Of a stretch of 64,000 nt of DNA, positions 36,955 through 52,719 are shown one piece after another (position 1 is the first letter of the stretch; every line of letters begins with the position of its first letter). The notes beneath the pieces were generated by a model that made no database searches, was not told where the DNA came from, and saw only the letters and a list, made by a program, of their open reading frames with translations. The DNA is taken from the NCBI RefSeq assembly GCF_009914755.1, contig NC_060925.1. The stretch is one strand, 5' to 3'. The DNA comes from the human T2T-CHM13v2.0 reference genome, Homo sapiens. The translations under genes were made by a program, and so were the position numbers.

Positions 36955-37070
36955 TCTATCCTTCATTCAACAATGCTTACTGAGGACTTTCTATGTGCTG
37001 GGCACTATTGTAGATGCTGGAGATGAAACGGTGATGGAAACGGATGCAATTCCTGGGGTTCTAATGTTCT
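36955..37070 (-). mobile_element. L2 3' end
   Basis: ttcattcaacaatgcttactgagg..tatgtgctgggcactattgtagatgctggagat. Confidence 0.75.
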
Positions 37071-39109
37071 ATATTGCTCATGCTGAGAATGTCTTTCCCC
37101 TGCAAGACTTTTCTATTATGTCTTCCGTCCCCTACCTCTCTTCCCACCTCCAGACCATGTTTGTTAAATAAAAGAGAAAGAACATTTTGTTAACATAAAA
37201 CTATTTATCAGGAAAAAAATCAACAATGATTTCTGTAAATATGTTGACATAATGCTTTGGGTAGCAGAGAGAGCTCAAGGCGTTCGCTGGAAGGAGCAGA
37301 TCATTTTTGGAGAAATGAGATGAATATATCAGTTTCCAGATCAAAAACTAGAATTTGGTGATTCTCTTTGTCAATAATCATTGTGTTATACTGAAAAGCA
37401 TAGTCAACGTTACACCAAAAATAAACCTGTGTCATCACACTTCTTGCGTTTTTGGGGTGGGAGGAGATGGGTTGGTGTTAGTGCTAGGAGCACACAGACA
37501 CTCCCATGAACTGGTCTGCCTGGGATGGCAGTGTGTGTTCCAGCATGAGCAGAAATTGTGGAGACAGAGTGGAAACCCAAATTGGACCCAGGGATGTGAC
37601 TTCTAGGATCAACAAAAAGATCATCTTGCCATTTGACTTGAATGACTAGAAACAGGTGCATTTCACTTCTAGGTCCCTAATGGATGTTGCCAAAGGCTTC
37701 CCCTGCAGCCCCAGATGTGCCCCTACTGCACTGTGGAGGGCCCACAGGCATTGTGGAGGCTACTGGGCAAGGCTTGTGTCTGAAAAATACTCTCAAATAC
37801 ATTTGGAGCAGGATTCAAGGAAAATTTCCAGGCAGAGGCATTTTATTTGCCTCTCGAGTTTCAACCTGTTTTCCTTCTCTATCAGATTTGTCTTAATTTA
37901 GTCTGAGGTCTGTGCAAGGCATTTTATGACCATCTAAGACAGTCTTAGAGTTGGTCATTATACATGCTGGCCCTATGCCTAGAACCAGACCCAGAAGCCT
38001 CAGTGTCCCTTGGGGCTTATAAACCGTCTTCCTGTTTGCATATGGTATCCCATCCGGCTACATGTCTTTGCCACAGGCCTTTGCAGGCCAGCCTCATCTC
38101 AGGGCACGAAAAGTTCAGCTGTCCTGAGACAAAGGAAGGACCCTGACACAGCTCCCACTGCCAGGCAAGCCATCAGTTCTGCACAGTCTAGTGGCTGCTA
38201 GTATGCTCCCTGGCCATGCACTCAGCTTCATGGGGACACCAGGGGAATGAATGTCTTGCCTTCGACATATTTATGCTCTTCTAAACACTCAGAGCCACAC
38301 ACTGGCCCTAATGGCAGGGGATCACTTGAAAACCTCTAGAAAGTTTAGGTTCACAACAAGATATAGATCTGCTTGAATGTGGCTTAAACTACTTTCCCTT
38401 TCCCCCAGGAATTGTACAGAACCTACATGCAAGCATAAGCTAGTAACTCTCCAATTATTTTTATGTAAATTCCCTTCTTTTCAAGTTTTCTGCTTTGGAT
38501 TTTTTAATCCTATACCTTCATCCTAAACACATGGTCTGTTGGCCCTACCACTGCCTGGCCAAGGCAGGGACGTGAAGTGTTCTCCTTAGACAAAGCCAAG
38601 CATGATGAGAACGGTGGATTTATACCTGACTCTACATTTAGATTTGAGGCTACTGCTCGGAAAGGATCCAGACTGTTACACTGCCTGGTGCACCTGGGTC
38701 TGACTTGGCTAGTCAGCTGCTAGCTCTTGAAGCTGACATGGCGTCTGGTCACAGGCTTCATCCAGGCACACGCAGTAGCCAAAAAAACTACCACCCTTTG
38801 TCTTGGGCCAAAGGAGTCACCAGGTCTGTCAGGAGGTCCCAGAGAAAGGTCTTGTTGTTGGTGGGTCTCATTAATTACTTTGTCACAGCTCAGCCACCCA
38901 CCTGCTATCAGGCAATTGTTAGGAAAGAAGTTCGACTTCCTTAGCAGGTGAGTGGGGACTCATCCCCAGACTGCTTCAGTGTCACATAGGCAGCTCCTGG
39001 AACTCACGGTCAGGAGAAAGCTCTGCTTCGCCCTCCTGGTACTCAGTTGTCCCACACCCTTCAGCCACTGCGGCACCATATCGCTATTACTGATGGAGCA
39101 CCCCTCTCA

Positions 39110-39480
39110 ATTAGCCAGCACTTCCTGAGTAGTTACTGTGTGAGGGACACTCACATGGTGCTGCAGGGAAAACCAAGGTGAATGACAAGAGCTTCTGCCT
39201 AGAAGTTGCCTGATGTGTGCCAAGCACTTGCTAAATGCTTTACACGTTCCATGTCACTTAATCCTCTCTACATCCTTCACCATGGGAATCATCGTCTGCA
39301 CTTTCAACATAAGGACACTGGACCAGAGGGAGGAAGCGACTTGTCTAAGCTCACTCAGGGAGAAAGTGGCACAGCTCAAACCTAACCCCAAACCTGTATT
39401 TTTCTATCTTAGTATGTCTGCTTCCGGTAAGTCTACAGTCTAGGACAGAGGGAAGACACGTACATGAAATTAAAAAATAA
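39110..39480 (-). mobile_element. L2 3' fragment with nested MIR (~39210-39420)
   Basis: L2 tail motifs flank tgtgccaagcact..cacttaatcctc..gacttgtctaagctcactcag. Confidence 0.6.
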
Positions 39481-40648
39481 AACTATTATGCAAGTTTAAA
39501 GGGATAAACTCTATAACAGAAGTATGTATAGTGGAGGTGTTCAAAATGTGAAAAGGACATAGAAACTACAAATCCAAGTGCAGAGGAGGAGGGCAATTTA
39601 TTGGACCAGGTAAGTTGGTCAGAGCTACCCAAAGGGAATGGGATTGGGTGAGTCTTGTGTACGCATGTGGCTTAGTAAATGGAGGTGGAAACTAAGAGGA
39701 AGAGGATCTCCTAGTGTGTGTGGAGAGTGCAGATGAGACTGTGTGCCATTCATCTTCAATTTTCCCATAGTTTCCTCCTGCTAACACAGTTGAAGAGCAT
39801 GTTCTCTGATCAGTGAATATTGTACCAGCAGTACTTTGGGAAATGTTTGCACTTTGCTTGTGGGCACTTTGTGTGCCCATGTCAATGTTCCCTTACCCCA
39901 GATGTGAGCTGTATAGCTTGGCCTCCTGATTGACAGAGTCCCAGCTTGGTTTGGCTCAGGTTCTACCTCCATTACCCATCTCCTCATGCTGAAATGTGCC
40001 CTGCTCTTCTCTCGCCACCTGCTCAATTCTTAACACCAAATGACCAATTCCACCCTGGCTGCCTGCTCGGGATGTCAGATTGGGCACAGCATAGCCAAAA
40101 ACCTGTATGTCACTTTCAATGGATGCGTGCAAATGACATCCTGGGTAACAGCAAGAGGAGGAGGCTGGACATCAAAGGCCATGATCTGGCCCGAGATCTG
40201 TCACTAACCATTTATGTGACTTTGAGTTTAAATTGCTAATCTGCTGCTTCCTCCAGCTCTAGCAGTCTATGAATCTATCCCAAATGAATGTTTTAACACC
40301 ATATTTAACTTCTCTTTATCTTTGCGCAGGACAAAGTTTTATTTAGTCCTCAATAAACTGGTTAAATGAATGTCTGAAGAGTTAGAACTGTGAGCATGGG
40401 GGAACCTTAAGAAAGCTGGTTCATGAGGGAAGAAGAGAACCAACAGTAAATTGATAGAAAAACAGGACCCTAAAATATATAACATCATAGGGAAAACAAG
40501 AATGGAAACATTCTAGCATTCATTCTGCACCATTTCCACCCAGCTTTGCTCAAGTTTCAGGAAGAAATATGGGTCACTGTAGGAGGAGCCCACTACTGCT
40601 CTGTGCTGCAAGAGCATGTTTCTGTATTTCAAAATGTAAATCAATGAT

Positions 40649-40794
40649 CTGGCCGTGGTGGCATGTGCCTTGAGTCCCAGCTACTTGGGAGGCTGAAGCA
40701 GGACTGCTTGAGCCAAGGAGGTTGAGGCTACAGTAAGCTATGCTTGCACCACTGCACTCCAACCTGGGTGATGGAGCAAGACCTATCTCTAAAA
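40649..40794 (+). mobile_element. FRAM / AluJ right monomer
   Basis: gtggtggcatgtgcct..gcttgagccaaggaggttgaggctacagtaagctatg..ccactgcactccaacctggg; probable TSD taaatcaa (40637 / 41124). Confidence 0.9.
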
Positions 40795-41123
40795 TATTAT
40801 ATATATTATAATTATATATTATTAACATATAAAATATAATGTATGCTAATTATATTAACATAAGAAATATATGTTAATTATATCATTAACAATATATTAC
40901 ACTATATTAATGTATATATATTATGTATTATATATTTATATTTTTATATATAATTTTAATATATAGTATATAATGCTATGTAGATTAATGTCTGTTATAT
41001 TAATATATTGTTATATATTACATCATACATTAGTATATAATTAGTAATACATTAGTATATAATATATTCATAATATGTTAATATTAATGTATTATAATTA
41101 CAATAATATATTTTATATATAAA
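40795..41123. repeat. AT-rich low-complexity array replacing the monomer's A tail
   Basis: Direct read; lies between the Alu monomer and its probable 3' TSD. Confidence 0.9.
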
Positions 41124-41344
41124 TAAATCAAGCTGGTGATCTCTCACTGTGTAACACTATTGTTCATGTACCTTGCAAGCATTTAGTAAGGTTGAATTAG
41201 ATATCATTAAATCTCCTAAAGTTCTCAAAGAAGATGATGTCAGTTGATGCATTTCTGCAGTCCTAACCTCCAAACACTCGATGAAGGGTAATTTTTTAAA
41301 CCCATGTTTTATGCTTTCTCTGAGGGTGAAGCTGGGAGACTATA

Positions 41345-41460
41345 ACTCTGATTCCATTTGCAGATCAGGAAACCGAGGTCCAGAGACTGGAGCTGACTTG
41401 TGCAACTGGCCTGATAAGCCAACTGCAGTCATTGGACCTCAGACTCCTAATGTTCCCTCC
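41345..41460 (-). mobile_element. MIR fragment
   Basis: ccatttgcagatcaggaaaccgaggtccagaga. Confidence 0.6.
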
Positions 41461-42456
41461 TGGTGCTTCATTGGAAACAATTTTTTAAACAAAGTGTACA
41501 ATGCAAGCTGTTTTCTGTTATTGCCCAGTGGAAAGTGGAAAGACTAAACCAGGACAGAGAATGTGTATTAAATTTTGAAGAAGTTAAAACAAGAGAGAGA
41601 AAGGAAGGAAGGAAGAATTCATCCAAACTAATAAAAATTCTTGAGCAATTCTCCTTGGGATGACATTTAGGTGTTTACTTAAATTGCTGAGAATGACTCG
41701 GGACTGTGAAGTGATGAGAAAGAGGACAGGCTGCACTTGGCGCATGAGTCCCATGAAGCCTCAAATCCAATTTTAACTTGGAAAATATTTGTGTAATCAT
41801 CTTATTCAGCATCTCCATGGTGTGAGAAAGATTGAGCAAGAGAATGTCCTCAGTGTCATAGCCTCTTAAGTCATAATATGCAATCTTTCAGGACCTTGGT
41901 CTTTGGCATTCCACTGGCATAATGCCAGCTCCAACGAGGGTGGGAAAAGCACACAAGGAAAATGCAAGGGGGTGCATGGAGGATGCACCTCCTGCTGGGA
42001 AACAAGCCCTCTCTTTCTAAAGGAGGAGCAGGCTATGCACAGACACTCACACTCACCCCACCCAAGCTCTGTCTGGCAAGGTCCATCTGTGAAAGGTCAA
42101 GGCCAGCCTTCACACCCATGTGATTGGCCCCCATCCCATTGTCTAATGGGAAATGACTGTGCAATGTTGGGCCTAATGTCATGATATGTGCAAAATGTGC
42201 CCCTAAACTTCCTCTGCAGAATGAACCTGTGCTGGAACCCCTCACAGCACATACTCTCAAACTTCGCACACATTGATGCATATCCTGTAGAATTAACAAC
42301 TAACATTTTCATGACATCTACTATTTACGGAGAACATTCCCATGTTCTACCTTCTGTAATTCTCCAATCAACTCTGTGTGCCTGGCATTCTGATAAGCAC
42401 TGCACATGAATGACTACACTTAATCCCTTACAACTCTATGACATATGTACTATTTT

Positions 42457-42775
<319 letters not shown>

Positions 42776-42809
42776 TGACATATGTACTATTTTAACCCAT
42801 CACCCGAGT

Positions 42810-43248
42810 AACACACAAAGCTGGAAGCATCACTTATCTGACTTCAAATTATATTATCAAAACATTATGGTACTGGTATAAAAGTAGACATATAGATCAA
42901 TAGAATAGAATAGAAAACCCAGAAATAAAGCCACATGTTTTCAGCCAACTGATGTTTGACAAAGCCAACACTGGGGAAAGGACACTCTTTTAAATAAATG
43001 GTATTGGGAAAATTAGATGGTTCATATAGAATAATGCAACTGGACCCCTATCCCTCAGCATATACAAAAATCACCTTAAAATGGATTAAAGACTTAAGTA
43101 TAAGACCTGAAACTATAACAATCCTGGAAGAAAACGCAAGTAAAATGCTTCTAGGCTTTGGTTTAGGCAAAGAGTTTATAACTGAGACCTCAAAAGCACG
43201 GGCAACACAACCAAAAATAGACGAATGGGCCTCAGTTAAACTAAAACA
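42810..43248 (+). mobile_element. L1 (L1PB/L1MA) ORF2 fragment
   Basis: acaaagctggaagcatcac..atggtactggtataaaa..aaatggattaaagacttaa..agacctgaaactata. Confidence 0.9.
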
Positions 43249-43439
43249 CCTGTATTCTTAATCACTAGGTTATTCTGCCTCCTTGTGAGAAAACAGGTTC
43301 AGAGAGAAGTATCAGCATAACCATAGGCAAGTGGAAGAAAGCAGGAGATAGCACCAGTCATCCTGCCTCATGCTTCTTATTCCAACCCTGCAATTCTTAG
43401 CACAATGCTGTGGAGTATTCGTATGGAACAAATAGACAT

Positions 43440-44416
43440 TGCAAATGCCTTCTAGCAGGCTCTCTGCTCCCCATAATGCCCCTCTGGGCTCTGTTCCCCA
43501 CACGGCAGCCACAGTGACCCTCCTAACACTGACCCACATCACAGCTCCCCTCTGACCCAGTAAGCTCAAGCCAACATCCTTGCAGGGCCCTAAAGAGAGG
43601 TCTCTTTGGTTACATCTTCCCCTCTCCTCTCCCTGCTCCCACTGCTCCCGGCCACACTGACCACTCTGGGCATCATTAAACATGGCAAGCAGAAATCCAC
43701 CTCCATAGCCTCTTTGCTTCCTGTTGCTCTGCCAGGAAGGCTCTTCCCACAGATACCTGTGACACTTGTTCCTTCACCTCTTTCAAGTTTCTGCTCAGCT
43801 ATCTTTTCTCAACTGTGCTCTCCCAGAGAGGCTTCCCCTAAAGTCCCATTACTCTCCACTCTCTTTACCCACTATTTTCCTTATCATTTATTGCCACCGG
43901 ACATGTTTTTTCCTTTTATTTTTACTTGGCATGTAATAATTGTACATATTTATGGGACGCAAAGAGATATTTTGATACATGCATGCAACGTGCAATGTTT
44001 AGATCCAAGTAATTAGTAATTAGCATATTCATCACCTTGAACATTGATCATTTCTCTGTGTTGTGAACATTCAAAATCCTCTTCTCTAGCTTTTTTTGAA
44101 AATGTACACTAAATTATTGTTAACCATATTAGCCTTACAGTGCTACAGTACACTAGAAGCATTCCTCCATCTAGGCATAATTTTGCAGCCATTAACCAAC
44201 CTCTCCTATCCTCCCTCCCTCCTACCCTTTCCAACCTCAAATGACCTCAATTCTACTCTCTACTTCTATGAGCTTATTTTTTTCTCCCACATATGCATGA
44301 GAACATGCATTTATTTTTCCATGCCTGACTTATTTTGCTTAATATAATGTCCTCTAGGCTCATCCATGTTGCTGCAAATGACAGGATTTCTTACTTTTTT
44401 ATGGCTGAATAGTACT

Positions 44417-44458
<42 letters not shown>

Positions 44459-44693
44459 CACACTCAAATGTGATATGTATGTATATCACATTTACTTTAC
44501 CTATTCATCTGTTCATGAACATTTGGCCACCTGACATATATTCACTTATTGCTCTCTTATTTTTGTCAAACATAAGCTTTTTGAGTGCAAAAACTTAGTC
44601 TGTTGGCTTCTTTTGTTGTTCATTGATATATCCCTAATGCCTAAAATAGTATGTGGCACACAGAAGGTGTTCAATAAATATTGGCTGAATTAA
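43440..44693 (+). mobile_element. L2 3' region, interrupted by an L1MA
   Basis: ccacacggcagccacagtgaccctc..; terminus tggcacacagaaggtgttcaataaatattggctgaattaat. Confidence 0.8.
43907..44525 (-). mobile_element. L1MA 3' end (nested in L2), containing (TG)13(AT)5 at 44422-44458
   Basis: aattgtacatatttatggg..gaacattcaaaatcctc..ggctcatccatgttgctgcaaatgacaggattt; TSD gccacc(g/t)gacat(g/a)t (43893-43906 / 44526-44539). Confidence 0.9.
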
Positions 44694-47419
44694 TACATAA
44701 GCAATAGTCTAGATAGAAGCATATAGGGCATAGCACAGTCTACTCAGTATAGTGCCTAGCACTTGATAAGAACTAAAAGCAAATATTTATATATGTAAAA
44801 ATAGATGGGACTTGAAATATTAATTCTATTTCCTATTTTGTGTAATCAGCAGAAAAGAATGTTATAAGAGCTTGTCCGATTTGGTTTGGTTTTAAATTAG
44901 CAATTCAGCAGCAAAGAGGGAAGCCAATGATAATAGCCAAAGCCAAGCCAGAAGTCTGGGAACACATCACATGCCGGTGAAGACAGCAAAGACGTCACTG
45001 GTGTACAGCAATCATCAACCTTGCATTGCCAATAGCAGCTGTGGGCTGTAGGTTTTGTGGGAGAGCCCTGTCCAGCTGAGAAGGAAGATGGAAGAAGGCT
45101 GGGAGCTCACAGTGGTTTAGGCAACTCTGCAGGATTGATGCACCCCCACAGCCTCTAAGCTGGAGTGTCTGAGATCTGAGGATGCAAAGCTCACTCCTAA
45201 CTCATTCATGGACTTCAAAATGACTTAAGAAATATCTCCCGGAAACTCAAACTTAGAGCCTCATCCTTTTCATGCAGTTTAGAACTCATTAGGCCATTTG
45301 ACCTAATCACAAGGTAAGCAGGCAGAATAATATCTAACTTTGACCTAAAAGAACCAAATTAGAGAATGATTTGCTCTTGGTTTAAAATTCAGTTCATGGT
45401 TCTTTTTACTGTTCTTTGTGACAACCTCGGTTTCAACACATCTTGGCTATGCATCTTGGTGTGCTGCCAACTCAGCCACCTCCCTTTTCTTTTACAATAT
45501 TTTCCTTCAAATTGATTGTAGTTTTATTGGAGGAAAGCCAAATAAATATGGGCTCATTGTCTTCACATTATTTCTTATGTTATTTTCCTAATAGATGAGC
45601 TCATATGGAGCCTTAGAAATTCAGAGAAGTTTGGCTTCAGGGTAAATTTGTTAGCTCAAATACCATAGACCAGGCATTCAGAAAAAGGCCAATTTTATCC
45701 CATCCACCATTTTTCTTCGATGTCCCAAAAAATGCATTTGCTTCTAAAATAAATAAACTATACAAAAAAATTAAAATACAAACATCAATCCATCTCATTG
45801 CTTTCTCTTACATAAAACATTTTCCTCTGGGGTGTTTTAAGAAAACGCCTTGGAACAAATTTGATTCTCTGAGTAAATATCATGGTTAGAGCATAAATGT
45901 GAAAGAACTTTTGGGAGACTATGGCAGCCCCAGTATGTGAGATCAGGCAGTTGGTAAGAAGAGGCAGAGATTAAATGAATTTACAAGTACAACAGCTACT
46001 AAGCAAAGAACTCTTCTAAACAGAAAGTGGGAAATTGCCTCCTTCAGACTTGAGAAAATCTTCTGTAGGGCTCTTGGCAAATATCCAGTTTGAAACGAAC
46101 TAACTTCTTTAACTTCAAACAGCCTCTCACCAAGCTTGTTTTTCTTTCTTCTTCTATTCTCCCAAACAGAATGACTTCCTTCACTCTTAAACTGTTCCCC
46201 TCTGGCACTCCTAATTAATTTAATCTAAGCTTCTCTTAAAGGCTACTCACCTCTGTTCTCCTGCAGCCATTCCCTTTCCTCTTGCCAACACTCTCCTTCT
46301 ATGCTTCTTGGGTTCATTATTATCTTTCCTGTCACTGAAAAACATTTACAAGGAGGTACTTTTTGTATCAATAGACTTAAGAGATCCATCAGTTGGAGAC
46401 AGTGTTATTCAAAACAAAACCATCACAAAAGTCTGGCAAGAGAAAAACCTATCCTCTCTCAGCGCTGGTGCCATTCCTTGAGGAGCCACTGGGTCAGAAC
46501 TGAGCGTCTTCCGATGACTCAACCTCAGCTGGAGAAGAGTAGCTAGAAACCAATCCAAGGACAAGCCCAAGGTTTGTTAACAGATGCAAATCCTTTACCT
46601 TCCTTGTAGCTCTTCTCTGATCTCCCAATACGAGCTCAAACAGATGAAATGTGGGTACAACACAGGGATGTTGCCAACAACAACCATTGCAACACAAAGG
46701 CAAATGCTCCGTGACACTTTCTTCATGCCCTCCTTGCTGGCAATACAAGACTGGTCATGAGCTTCCTTCATTTCTTTGTCAGAGGCCGCCAGCTGCGGGC
46801 TATGGGCTGTGGCATCCTAAAGAACAGGGTCTGACAAAAGACATGATTTTTTTTACTTGTAAAATGAAGAGGAGTACTAAGCCAATTCTGCAGATAATTC
46901 AGCCAACTTCTCCTCTCACAACCCACACCCAGGTGCTTTGGCCCACCTCTCCTAAAGCAAAATGGCTAAAGTCTATGAAGTATGACAGAATAATTCTTGA
47001 AAAACAATGCAGAGAGCTACCTAAAACAAACAAACAAAAAAAACCACATCGTGGCTTGAAAGGTAACTTTCTTCTCAGTTGATTGGTTATCTTCCTTGGG
47101 ATATGCCTGGGCCAGTTTACCAACTGCCACCTATAAACCACTTCCCTCCTGACTTGTTACCAAATGAGAAGACTCTACCATCTTCCTGTTCTAAGAACCA
47201 CCATTGGTTCCTCAGTGAATATTTTCCTGCCCCTCTTGTCCCCGCCTCATTCCTTTTTGATTACACCTATATTTACAATTTTCTTTGCCTGTCATTCCTT
47301 CTTATATTTCGAATTTCCTGTTTGGTATACATCTTTTAGAATTTTATTTAGTAAATGTCTATTGGTGGAAAACTTTTAGTTTATCTGTCTTTATCTTGCC
47401 CTCATTTTTGATATATTTT

Positions 47420-49012
<1,593 letters not shown>

Positions 49013-49789
49013 AACAGTATATTTTCTGTATAGAATTATAAGATGCGCGTTGTTTTCTTGCAGCTAATTGAAGACATTATTTCTATTGCCTTCCGGCTTT
49101 CATTGCAACTGTTAAGAAGTCATTGATAAATCAGGTATTAGTCTCTCACTCCTTTGAAGATAATGATTTTGGGTGTGGATTTTTTTGGCTGCTTTTAAGA
49201 TCTTCTATATTTTCAGTTTCTGCAATTTCAACAAAATGGGTCTAAAACTGGATTTATTATTATTTGTCATACATAGAATTAGTCTACTTCAATCTGTGGA
49301 CTGGCATCTTTAATCAGTTCTAGAACATCCTCAGGCATTATTTTTATAAATATTGCCTTTGCCTCATTGTCTGTCTCCTCTTTTTCCGAAACCTTGATTC
49401 TATATATGGTAGACCTTCTTGGTCTATTCTCCACATCTCTGAGCTTCTCATTTTATAAATCTCTTATGTTTGTGTGCTTCATTCTGGTTAATTTGTTTTG
49501 TCTTTCAGTATACCAACTGTCTCTTCATCTGGGTTTAATATGTTGTTATACATATCCATTACATTTTAAATTTATTGAAAACTTTCCAGAAGTTCTACTT
49601 TTTAGACCTCAACAGCCTTAAAATATGTTTTTCCATTTCTAACATACATGTTAGAGCTTGACTTTTATTGTGTTAAATGTGATTGCTACATGGTCAATAA
49701 AGTTTGCATATGATAATTCTAATATTCCTGATGCTATGATTAGTTCTCCAGGGCCTCTTTCCCACCCTGAAGCTCCCTGTAGTCAGAGC

Positions 49790-49890
49790 TGCCTCTGCTC
49801 TCTTTTCTTCGTTTCTATAACTCTAGGGTCTAGCATAGTCTCCAGAACATGTTCAGCCCCAAGTAATATGTTATTGAATTGAATTGAATT
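49790..49890 (+). mobile_element. L2 3' terminus
   Basis: tctagggtctagcatagtctc..taatatgttattgaattgaattgaatt. Confidence 0.55.
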
Positions 49891-50184
49891 GTTGCCTTTT
49901 TCAGGAGAATCAGGAGTGATCTCTGCCACCTCCAGTAAGTTTATTCCTGATGTTACCCTGACACCCAATAGTCAGACTGTCCTACCTTCAACTCTGTCAT
50001 GGCTCACAAATGACTATCACACTTCTAGGGGATCCACAGAGTGAGGCTGAGAGCTGTCAGGACCTCAAAGAACTCTAAAAACCTGGCTGGAGTATTGGCT
50101 GTCTTGTTAGGAGCTGGGTCACCTTGGACTCTTTGAGGAGAAAATGAATGTAAGGAGCTTTATAAACTGAATTGCAGGCACTTG

Positions 50185-50600
50185 TTCAATTATTTACCAC
50201 ACAGCACTTTTTGAATATCAGTTCTATGCAGAGCTCTATGCTAATGCTGGACAAGCTGAAATGCAGTCACTGTATGCCATTCGCAAATGGCTTTGAGACT
50301 AGGTAGGGAAATAGGCTATCCAAAGAAGATCATCAACATCCTAAGACGGTGTTTCTAAGTACCAGATAAGGAGGCTAAATGATTGGAGTCATTTCTCCGG
50401 GCTCAGATTGCTGGAGAAGGTTTACGGAGCTGCTAAGTTTTGGGATGTACCTTAAGAAAGAACTTAAACTGCCAGAATTGGACCAATCTGACTAAATGGG
50501 GCTGTGGATGATGGTCACAAACGCAAAAACTTGCAGGACAGAAAGACAAAGTAGTGATGCAGGCCAGTAATACAATAAGAAGTGGTTGGGACTGTGGCAA
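50185..50600 (-). mobile_element. L2 fragment
   Basis: gcactttttgaatatcagttctatgcagagctctatgcta..ggagaaggtttacggag. Confidence 0.5.
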
Positions 50601-50909
50601 AAGAAAAGAGAATGTTCTGTCTAAAGGTGGCAAAAGTGACTCAACTCCTTCATAATATTGAGACGTGAGAACATGGCCTATGATGCCAGAGCTTCTGCTT
50701 TCAAAACAAGTGCTGAAAATTGGGTTTCTATCTGATGTTTCTCAGTTTTTAAAACACGATTCCAGTATCACTCCTTTTAAAATCATGTCTGTGTGATGAA
50801 TTTGGTCTACAGGCCACAAGTTTCCTACCTCTGCTTTAGATGAAAACACAAGTGCAGTAAATTGCTTCATTTCACACTTGCATGTTCGTATCTTTCTGCT
50901 TCACTACTC

Positions 50910-51175
50910 TGAAAAGCTGATGATTCCCAAATCTGTATCTTCAATGCCAGTCTATATCTTGAGTTTCACGTCCGTATGTTTAGTTGCCTATTTGGTGTCT
51001 TCATCAGGAAAGGCACTTCAAATTTGACATGTCCAACGTCACATTTTTCTGCTCTGACCCCCAATCTATTCCTATTTCCTATTTCACACTGGGCCTCAGT
51101 TTTCAATCTGTAAATAGGGATAATAGCAATAACCTGCCCCTCCTAACTTTTAAGGTTGTTCAAAGAAAATAATTG
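50910..51175 (+). mobile_element. L2 fragment followed by MIR (~51085-51175)
   Basis: gctgatgattcccaaatctgtatct..ggcacttcaaatttgacatgtccaa; gggcctcagttttcaatctgtaaatagggataatag. Confidence 0.7.
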
Positions 51176-52239
51176 TGTATAGAACAAGAGAAATGAGGTG
51201 AGAGAGATTGCGTATTGTATGTGAACTGAAAAGCTAACTCTGAGATAACTACTTATTCTGCAACATGCTTGTCCATCTTCCTACTGATAGAGATGAGAAA
51301 GACAGAGACAATTTTGATATATCTATCCAACTGTTGCCCTAGACAAGGAAAGGCAATGAAACACGAAATTTGTAATAAGCTTTTGTTACTCAGACCAGAC
51401 TCATCCAGAGGAAAATAGATAGGGTTGCCAGTCAAGTAGCATCTCACTGTTGAGTTCAAGTAGCATGAACTTACCAAACTTTTTTTTTTTTTTTTTAGAA
51501 TTATACAATCTGGAAAACAGTCTGTTGGCTTCCCATTGTATTGGCCTCATTGCGTCCAGTAAAGGATGCCTGAATCCTCTAAAATTCAGGAAACTTTAGG
51601 ACCCATTGTTGGGGGTTTTGAGAGATGGAAAGCGAGTTGTGCAGCCTTGGCTGGGCTGCAGCTGCGGAACATGCCTATGGCAATGGTGACTTCCATAGAA
51701 GGTAGGAGTCAAACAAGTTCATACAGTAGAGAAAAGTCCTTTCTAAGAGTAGGTAAGAATATTGGAAATTATTCTTCTTCCATATTTTAGGGCATTAATA
51801 TTCAGTGAATATTGAGCCTGAGTCATAGAGCCAATCAAGGCACATATCTCAGGTATATGACATTGATGCACCCTGCCATGGGTAATGTCTCAAGTCTCAC
51901 CTTATTAAATATCCACATAAAACAAACAAAACTCTAATGATCAATGACAGTATGTGGATATAAGAGGTACTAGTAAAATTGGTTTTAGAGAACCTATGTT
52001 AACTTATCTGAGTTTTACTTGGTATTAATTGTTACTAATATAAACTCTGAACTTCTTTCCATCCTGTTTTGCATTATATCTATAAATATAATTTTGTCAC
52101 TTATTATTTCTATTTCTGACCTAAGTCCTCTTCCTTCCTCATCCCATCTCTTTTCATCTCCTCTTCCCCTCACTGATTAGACAGCACATTCTCCCTGGAT
52201 GGTTTTAGTCATTGCCACTTTTTCAATTACTGTATTTGA

Positions 52240-52680
52240 GGGAAAGTTTCCCAAGTCTCTAGCTCAGTCTTCTCTGCTGATTTCAAAACTATTAACCATG
52301 TACTTGAAATTTCTGCTTAGATGTCTCATTAGCTGTCTCAAACTGAACAGTTCTCTCTCTAATGTCCCTTATCTCAGTAAAGGCATCACTATCTTCAACT
52401 CTGATGCCTTGTTCCTTTACCTCCCACTTCCGTTCAGTCACAGAATTATGATGATTCTACCACCTAAATATAACCCATCAATTTCTTTCTCTCCTACTGT
52501 GGGTAGTTTAGTTCAGGCCGCAGTGATCTCCAGCCTAAATTATTATACCAGTCTCCACTGGGTCCTAATCCTCCTAATATTGTCCCTTCCCATTCCCCTC
52601 TCTGATCTGCTGCTGGAATAATCATTCTAAAGTGAAAATTTTTCCATGTCATTCCCCACTTTACAATTATTGTCCCAAGC
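52240..52680 (+). mobile_element. L2 fragment
   Basis: cttagatgtctcattagctgtctcaaactgaaca..tctcagtaaaggcatcactatc..tagttcaggcc. Confidence 0.7.
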
Positions 52681-52719
52681 CCAAGAATAATGCTTTAGAT
52701 GGAGCAAGTACTCCACAAA

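Noticed and set aside
38889-38953. Candidate 59-bp exon (cacag| ... CAG|gtgagt) and other consensus donors (e.g. ~39607, and minus-strand acttacctg at ~15638 and ~30636)
   Set aside because: A few perfect donor 9-mers are expected by chance; no coherent exon chain can be built without transcript data.
42998-43261. ORFs with L1 ORF2-like peptides (also 47723-48076)
   Set aside because: Short fragments of decayed L1 copies; no intact ORF1 or ORF2.
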